A stretch of DNA of 64,000 nt from Bacteroidota bacterium (GTDB lineage: Bacteria > Bacteroidota > Bacteroidia > Chitinophagales > Chitinophagaceae): assembly GCA_016866355.1 (NCBI GenBank), contig VGMN01000007.1, forward strand, positions 20,179 through 84,178, read 5' to 3'. The notes under the pieces are model-generated. The model saw nothing but the letters and a program-made list of their open reading frames with translations. It had not been told where the DNA came from and searched no databases. Positions 59,160 through 64,000 of the stretch are shown piece after piece (position 1 is the stretch's first letter; the number at the start of each line of letters is the position of its first letter). The position numbers and the translations under genes are program-made.

Positions 59160-59547
59160 CTTTGGTCATGTCCACTACGTTAGCACCCATATGGCATTGT
59201 CCGTTGAAAGTTGCTGATGGCTCAACTTGCAATTTACCTGCGTAGATATTACCTGCTACCACACATTCACCACGTAATTGCAGTAACTCATTAGCACGAA
59301 TATTACCATTTACTTTACCTGTAACATCTGCCTGGTTACCGATGATATCCCCTTCTACTACTCCAGTGCTGCCAATTAAGATCTTGGAAGAGGTTTTAAC
59401 ATTTCCCATTACGGTACCATCAATGCGGAGGTCACCATTGCTACTGATATCGCCTTTTAAAACAGTACCTGCACTAATTAAAGTAGCAGCACTGCTAGAT
59501 TGAGGTAAGTTAGTTTGCATGTCTGTTTTTGGTTTGGTTGTAAACAT
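59128..59547 (-). CDS. Bactofilin (polymer-forming cytoskeletal protein)
   Basis: TLISAGTVLKGDI, LRIDGTVMGNV, VEGDI and VEPSATFNGQC beta-helical repeats. Confidence 0.93.
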   Translation of the reverse strand: MFTTKPKTDMQTNLPQSSSAATLISAGTVLKGDISSNGDLRIDGTVMGNVKTSSKILIGSTGVVEGDIIGNQADVTGKVNGNIRANELLQLRGECVVAGNIYAGKLQVEPSATFNGQCHMGANVVDMTKDEQQSQVLAR

Positions 59548-59562
59548 AATTTTATAATTGAT

Positions 59563-59961
59563 TCAATCATTAATTACCGAAGCTGAAGGAATATCAAGTT
59601 GCGTTGTATCCAAGGAAGTTTCAGATTGGCCTGTCAGGGCTTTTTTGAGACCCAAAATATACTGATTTTTTAAGGCATCCTCCCTGGCAACCGAATCCAC
59701 CCTGTACTGTAATCTTTTTAGAGCCATCACCGAGGCGTAATCAGAACCAGCGCCAGGAATATAGTATTTGAGGGGAGTAAAAATGATCAATGCGGTTGTC
59801 AATCCTACAAGCACTACAAACACCATGCTAAATGCTGTGTAAACACTAAGACGAGACAGCCTAAATGTCACTACCTCCTCATAGGTGTCATCATTCATGA
59901 CCACCAATCGGTATCGACTTCTTAATCGCTTCAACCCTGCTGGTAATTCCAATTTTGCCAT
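59563..59961 (-). CDS. Membrane protein resembling the N-terminal part of Bacteroidota M23 peptidases, with no catalytic domain
   Basis: RYRLVVMNDDTYEE..TFRLSRL, TM helix, FTPLKYYIPG and a coiled coil, then the stop. Confidence 0.7.
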   Translation of the reverse strand: MAKLELPAGLKRLRSRYRLVVMNDDTYEEVVTFRLSRLSVYTAFSMVFVVLVGLTTALIIFTPLKYYIPGAGSDYASVMALKRLQYRVDSVAREDALKNQYILGLKKALTGQSETSLDTTQLDIPSASVIND

Positions 59962-60101
59962 TAGTAATGCAATGGTATAAAGGTAAGGCACAGCAATACC
60001 CAAACCCATTGAATCTCAATCAAAATACTCACAAAAAATTAAGGTCTAACACACTAAATAATTTGAAAATCAGTTATTAAGGAGCTAGATTGCAAGAAGA
60101 T

Positions 60102-62927
60102 ATGCAGAAGGTGTGCTCCCTTTTTCGCCTTTTAATCCTACTAGCACTAGGATGGCCAGCCACGACCCTTTCTCAACAGGGCTTTCGCATTGACCTGCCC
60201 AAAGAGGAAGAATACAAAGACAGATTACTCCGTTCAGAAAAAACAAAAGAAGGAAAGCTGGGGCAACCTTCCCGGCTTGTTCAAAATACAGTAACGCATT
60301 ACAACTTTACATACAACGCGGCAAGGAAGCTAAACGAAGTATTACAAAAAGCAAAAGCATCGCACCAGGATGATTACAGCGCATTACTCCCTTTTTACAA
60401 TTTTAGTTTACGCACTACCCGAAAAGATTCGGTTGACTTGGATAGCGTTATACAAAAAGCTTCATCAGGAATTGCATTACATGACTTAAGAAATGATTGG
60501 AATGACAACCTTTACTTATTATGGGGTATGGCCTATTACCTCCAAGAAAAGTTTGACTCCGCTTATGATGTTTTCCAATTCATCAACTACTATTATGCCC
60601 CACGAGAAAAAGATGGCTATTTTAAATCTATAGGAAGTGGAAGGGATGGGAATCGTGCTAGTAGCATAGCCAGTGAAGAGAATGGTGGTGTCCTTCAAAA
60701 ATTAGGTACAGCTCCTCCCAAAAGAAATGAGGCACTCCTATGGATGATTCGGACGCAGCTGACACAGGAACAGCTGGCAGAAGCTGCCGGTTTAATCGAA
60801 ACCCTACGCAATGATCCCGCCTTTCCAAAAAGACTAAAAACAGAATTAGCAGAACTAACTGCACTATCTTTTTACAAACAAGAACGCTGGGATAGCGCTG
60901 CTTTTCATCTTTCAAAAGCACTGGATGGAGTTGCAACGCTAAATGAAAAAGCAAGATGGGAATTTTTAACTGGCCAATTATTTGAGAAAGCAGGCAATTA
61001 TATAGCCGCTAATCAATATTACAGTCGAGCTGTTCCTCACTCTACAGATTTAATTTTAGAAATACAAGCACGTATTGCTGCAATAAGAGCTAATAGAGGT
61101 GGGGCAGACTATGTCAATAGCAATGTGCAACGTTTACTTGAAATGGGAATAAAGGAAAAGTACAGCGCCTATCGGGATATCATTTTTTATACAGCGGCGC
61201 AAATGGATTTAACTGTGGGCAACAAAAACCGAGCAATTGAATCCTTATACCAAAGTACAACTGCTCCCACCAACAACACGCTCCAAAGAAACAAGGCATT
61301 CTTACAGCTGGCTGAGATCTCCTATGAATCAAGCTCCTATGCAAAAGCCGCTCAATATTACGATAGTCTCAAAACCACTGATAGCTTACCGGTAGACCCG
61401 GCCATGTTAGCCATAAAGAAAAAAGCACTACAAACACTTGTAACTAAACTAGCCATTATTGAAAGGCAAGACAGTTTACTAGTATTGGCATCCTTAACGG
61501 AGGAGGAGAGAAAAGATGCTGTAAAAAAAATTGTAAAACAATTACGCAAGCAAGCTGGCTTACAAGATGATCCTGCAACAGCGGTATCAAGACCCATGCC
61601 AACCAATCTACAGGCCCCTTCTCTATTTGGAACAGAAACAGATAAGGGCGAATGGTATTTCTATAATGCCTCCAGCCGCAGTAGAGGCCAGGCTGCCTTT
61701 ATTGCCCGGTGGGGAAATCGACCTAATATGGATAATTGGCGAAGAGCTGCCAGCATGCAATCCACCCTGGCTTTAGTACAAGCAAGCGGGAAAGATTCGT
61801 CAGGGGCAAAAAACAATTTGTCTGATGCAGCCATTGATTTTGAAACACTCTACGCAGGCCTGCCACTTACGGAGGAAAAAAAGAAAAATTGTACAGACTC
61901 ATTGTGTATAGCGCTATTCGATGCAGGCAGCACCTTGATACAAGAAATTGAGGATTGCCAGGCAGGAATAAAATTACTTGACCGCATTAATACGCAATTT
62001 CCCAATTTTCAAAAATTAGATGAAGTACTGTTTCATCTTCATAACTGCGCTTTACAAAGCGGGAATCGTAGTAAAGCAACCTTGATTTTAAAAGAAATGA
62101 ATGACCGTTTTGTAGACAGTAAGTTTACAGCCCTGCTCAATGGACAGCAAGCGAAAGGAACAAACGAATTATCTAAAAACTATGATAGTATTTACACTTC
62201 CATTTATACACTTTTTGCAAAAGGCGCCTATGAAGAAGCGGTGAAGCTGAAGCAAGAAACTGATCAATTGGCCGGAGAAAATCACTGGACACCACAACTT
62301 CTCTACATTGAAGCCGCTTATTATGTGCAACAACAAAAAGATAGTACAGCCATCCGCTTACTAAGAGAATTACAACTGCGTTTTCCAAATTCGCCACTTT
62401 ACATGCGTGCTGCTGATTTGTTGGAAGCTATTAGTAAACGCGCTAGGATCTTGGAACCCGAAAAACCAGCAACGGCACCTACCACTCCCACTCCCTTTAA
62501 CAATAACCCAAGTGCAAGTACGGACTCCACACAACTTAGTGCTCCAGAAAATTCATACAGATGGGAAGAACAAACAAGTCACCTGGCAATATTTGTCATG
62601 GAAGAAATAGAACCGGTGCTTGCAGCAGAAGCTATGCGATCTATTGACAATTACAACCGATCTGTTTTTAATACCCGAAGTTTTCAAAAAGAATTAGTGA
62701 ATTTAGACAACCGATATAGGGTGGTTGTGATTAGTAATTTTGGAAACTTCCAAGAAGTTTCTAGTTATTTGGCGAGCATAAAACCACAAACGGCCAACGA
62801 AATAGTACCCTGGTTGCCTGCTGGAAAGTATACATGGTTGCCTATTTCTGCTTCCAATTTAACGATACTCCGGCTGCGCAAGGACTTAGATGTCTATCAA
62901 CGTTTCCTTAACAGCAAGAGACCCTAA
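60102..62927 (+). CDS. sprE: Type IX secretion system periplasmic TPR protein SprE/PorW-like
   Basis: TPR-like helices, NTVTHYNFTYNA, GEWYFYN and WGNRPNMDNWRR. Lies beside M23-like/bactofilin genes as in other Bacteroidota. Confidence 0.78.
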   Translation: MQKVCSLFRLLILLALGWPATTLSQQGFRIDLPKEEEYKDRLLRSEKTKEGKLGQPSRLVQNTVTHYNFTYNAARKLNEVLQKAKASHQDDYSALLPFYNFSLRTTRKDSVDLDSVIQKASSGIALHDLRNDWNDNLYLLWGMAYYLQEKFDSAYDVFQFINYYYAPREKDGYFKSIGSGRDGNRASSIASEENGGVLQKLGTAPPKRNEALLWMIRTQLTQEQLAEAAGLIETLRNDPAFPKRLKTELAELTALSFYKQERWDSAAFHLSKALDGVATLNEKARWEFLTGQLFEKAGNYIAANQYYSRAVPHSTDLILEIQARIAAIRANRGGADYVNSNVQRLLEMGIKEKYSAYRDIIFYTAAQMDLTVGNKNRAIESLYQSTTAPTNNTLQRNKAFLQLAEISYESSSYAKAAQYYDSLKTTDSLPVDPAMLAIKKKALQTLVTKLAIIERQDSLLVLASLTEEERKDAVKKIVKQLRKQAGLQDDPATAVSRPMPTNLQAPSLFGTETDKGEWYFYNASSRSRGQAAFIARWGNRPNMDNWRRAASMQSTLALVQASGKDSSGAKNNLSDAAIDFETLYAGLPLTEEKKKNCTDSLCIALFDAGSTLIQEIEDCQAGIKLLDRINTQFPNFQKLDEVLFHLHNCALQSGNRSKATLILKEMNDRFVDSKFTALLNGQQAKGTNELSKNYDSIYTSIYTLFAKGAYEEAVKLKQETDQLAGENHWTPQLLYIEAAYYVQQQKDSTAIRLLRELQLRFPNSPLYMRAADLLEAISKRARILEPEKPATAPTTPTPFNNNPSASTDSTQLSAPENSYRWEEQTSHLAIFVMEEIEPVLAAEAMRSIDNYNRSVFNTRSFQKELVNLDNRYRVVVISNFGNFQEVSSYLASIKPQTANEIVPWLPAGKYTWLPISASNLTILRLRKDLDVYQRFLNSKRP

Positions 62928-62936
62928 CTTAGCATC

Positions 62937-64000
62937 ATGAAACCCTCTGTTCGTTTTTTCTGGAAATTTTTTGGCTGGGGCTTGGTAGCTTTTTTGCTAC
63001 TTATTTTATTAGCCAACCTGGGACTTTTTGGAAAAATGCCTTCGCTGTATGAGTTACAAAATCCCTCAATCCTGCAGGCTTCTGAAGTCTATGCAATAGA
63101 TGGTACATTGATGGGCAAGTATTACACGGAGCGCGGCAACAGAAGTAATGTAAAATATAGAGACCTTTCCCGACATGCCATTGATGCATTGATTGCTACG
63201 GAGGACGAACGCTTTTACGCACATAGTGGTATCGATTTTAAATCTACCCTACGAGCGGTAGTGACCTTAGGTTCCGAAGGAGGTGGTAGCACTATCACGC
63301 AACAATTAGCAAAAGCCTTACTGGCACAAGGAAGCAGAAATAAAGCTTGGCGAGTAATAGAAAAGCTCAAAGAGTGGATCATTGCAGTTAAACTAGAAAA
63401 GAATTTTACGAAAGAAGAGATCATCACACTTTATTTGAATGCTGTTCCGTTTGGCAATAATATTTACGGAATAAGAAATGCCTCTCGAACTTTTTTCCAA
63501 AAAGAACCTGATCGTCTTCATGTAGAGGAAGCAGCCCTCTTAATTGGAATGCTCAAGGGAAATAGCATTTACAACCCAGTACGAAATCCCAAGGCGGCCT
63601 TAGATCGTAGAAACGTAGTAATTGGCCAGATGGAGGTGAATAATAAAATTACCAGTGATGAAGCCACGCGACTAAAGGCATTACCCATCCAGTTGAATTA
63701 CAAAAAAATGGATGAAAATACCGGGTATGCACCCTATTTCAGAGAAATACTAAAAGAAGAGATCAAAGAGGCATTAAAAGGACTTACTAACCCGGAGGGC
63801 GAACCTTACAGTATCTATAATGATGGACTAAAAATTTATACCACCATCAATGTTCAATTACAGCAATATGCGGAAGAGGCGCTGGCCTTGCATATGTCGC
63901 AACTCCAAAAAAATGTTAACAACCGCAACTCCATCAAGTCTGGAAAAATTTGGGTTGGCAAAGAATCCATACTGGAGAGAGCTATGAAAGAATCGGACCG
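62937..64000 (+). CDS. Class A penicillin-binding protein (PBP1A-type), 3' end outside window
   Basis: Missing from the ORF track because there is no stop in the window. ATG at 62937 (MKPSVRFFWK), TM helix, and GT51 motifs ATEDERFY, GGGSTITQQLAK and LYLN. Confidence 0.93.
   Translation, partial: MKPSVRFFWKFFGWGLVAFLLLILLANLGLFGKMPSLYELQNPSILQASEVYAIDGTLMGKYYTERGNRSNVKYRDLSRHAIDALIATEDERFYAHSGIDFKSTLRAVVTLGSEGGGSTITQQLAKALLAQGSRNKAWRVIEKLKEWIIAVKLEKNFTKEEIITLYLNAVPFGNNIYGIRNASRTFFQKEPDRLHVEEAALLIGMLKGNSIYNPVRNPKAALDRRNVVIGQMEVNNKITSDEATRLKALPIQLNYKKMDENTGYAPYFREILKEEIKEALKGLTNPEGEPYSIYNDGLKIYTTINVQLQQYAEEALALHMSQLQKNVNNRNSIKSGKIWVGKESILERAMKESD

Noticed and set aside
149-63427. The many 60-140 aa ORFs antisense to or nested in long genes (e.g. 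28479-28763, 29986-30366, 47956-48285, 53534-53740, 57408-57731)
   Set aside because: They lie wholly within well-supported genes on another frame or strand and show no motifs or promoters; shadow ORFs.
1-64000. CRISPR arrays, tRNA/rRNA, IS elements, prophage or anti-phage defence genes
   Set aside because: I saw no spaced direct repeats, tRNA arms, or transposase, integrase, nuclease or RT motifs, and the intergenic gaps are too short (about 220 nt at most).

Overview
A gene-dense, AT-rich chromosomal segment from a Bacteroidota bacterium, probably Chitinophagales/Chitinophagaceae-like. The phylum call rests on a SusC/SusD pair, a SprE/PorW homolog, repeated TAnnTTTG promoter motifs and signal peptides ending in A|Q; the finer placement is inference. 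Most of the window is housekeeping: rluD, def, ruvX, mutS, mgtE, glmS, phoH, crcB, clpB, queG, folK, gcvP, sod, sucC, sprE and a class A PBP. I saw no tRNA/rRNA, CRISPR array, transposase or prophage gene. The main accessory element is a ~21 kb polysaccharide utilization locus (13630-34891) of three transcription units plus a ROK repressor. It encodes SusC/SusD, an N-acylglucosamine 2-epimerase with no sialidase or Neu5Ac lyase beside it, a secreted FAD oxidoreductase with SLH-like repeats, an HGSNAT/NagX-like membrane protein, GH20, GH92, two GHL10 (DigH/YddW-like) hydrolases, a NAGPA-type phosphodiester glycosidase, a cytoplasmic DUF4434 protein and an AmpG-like permease. My hypothesis is that it forages ManNAc/GlcNAc-1-phosphate-containing bacterial cell-wall glycopolymers. 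Other leads: (1) a DUF4954 protein next to glmS with a GlmU-acetyltransferase-like motif; (2) an HYC_CC_PP ORF followed by a terminator-like hairpin upstream of periplasmic metal-binding genes, a candidate metal-sensing attenuator; (3) a MurC paralog with an altered amino-acid site; (4) a DsbA-fold protein with NxxC; (5) an M23-type anchor lacking its catalytic domain next to bactofilin; (6) atpZ/atpI-like genes detached from the atp operon. Family assignments come from motif recognition by eye, not database searches.
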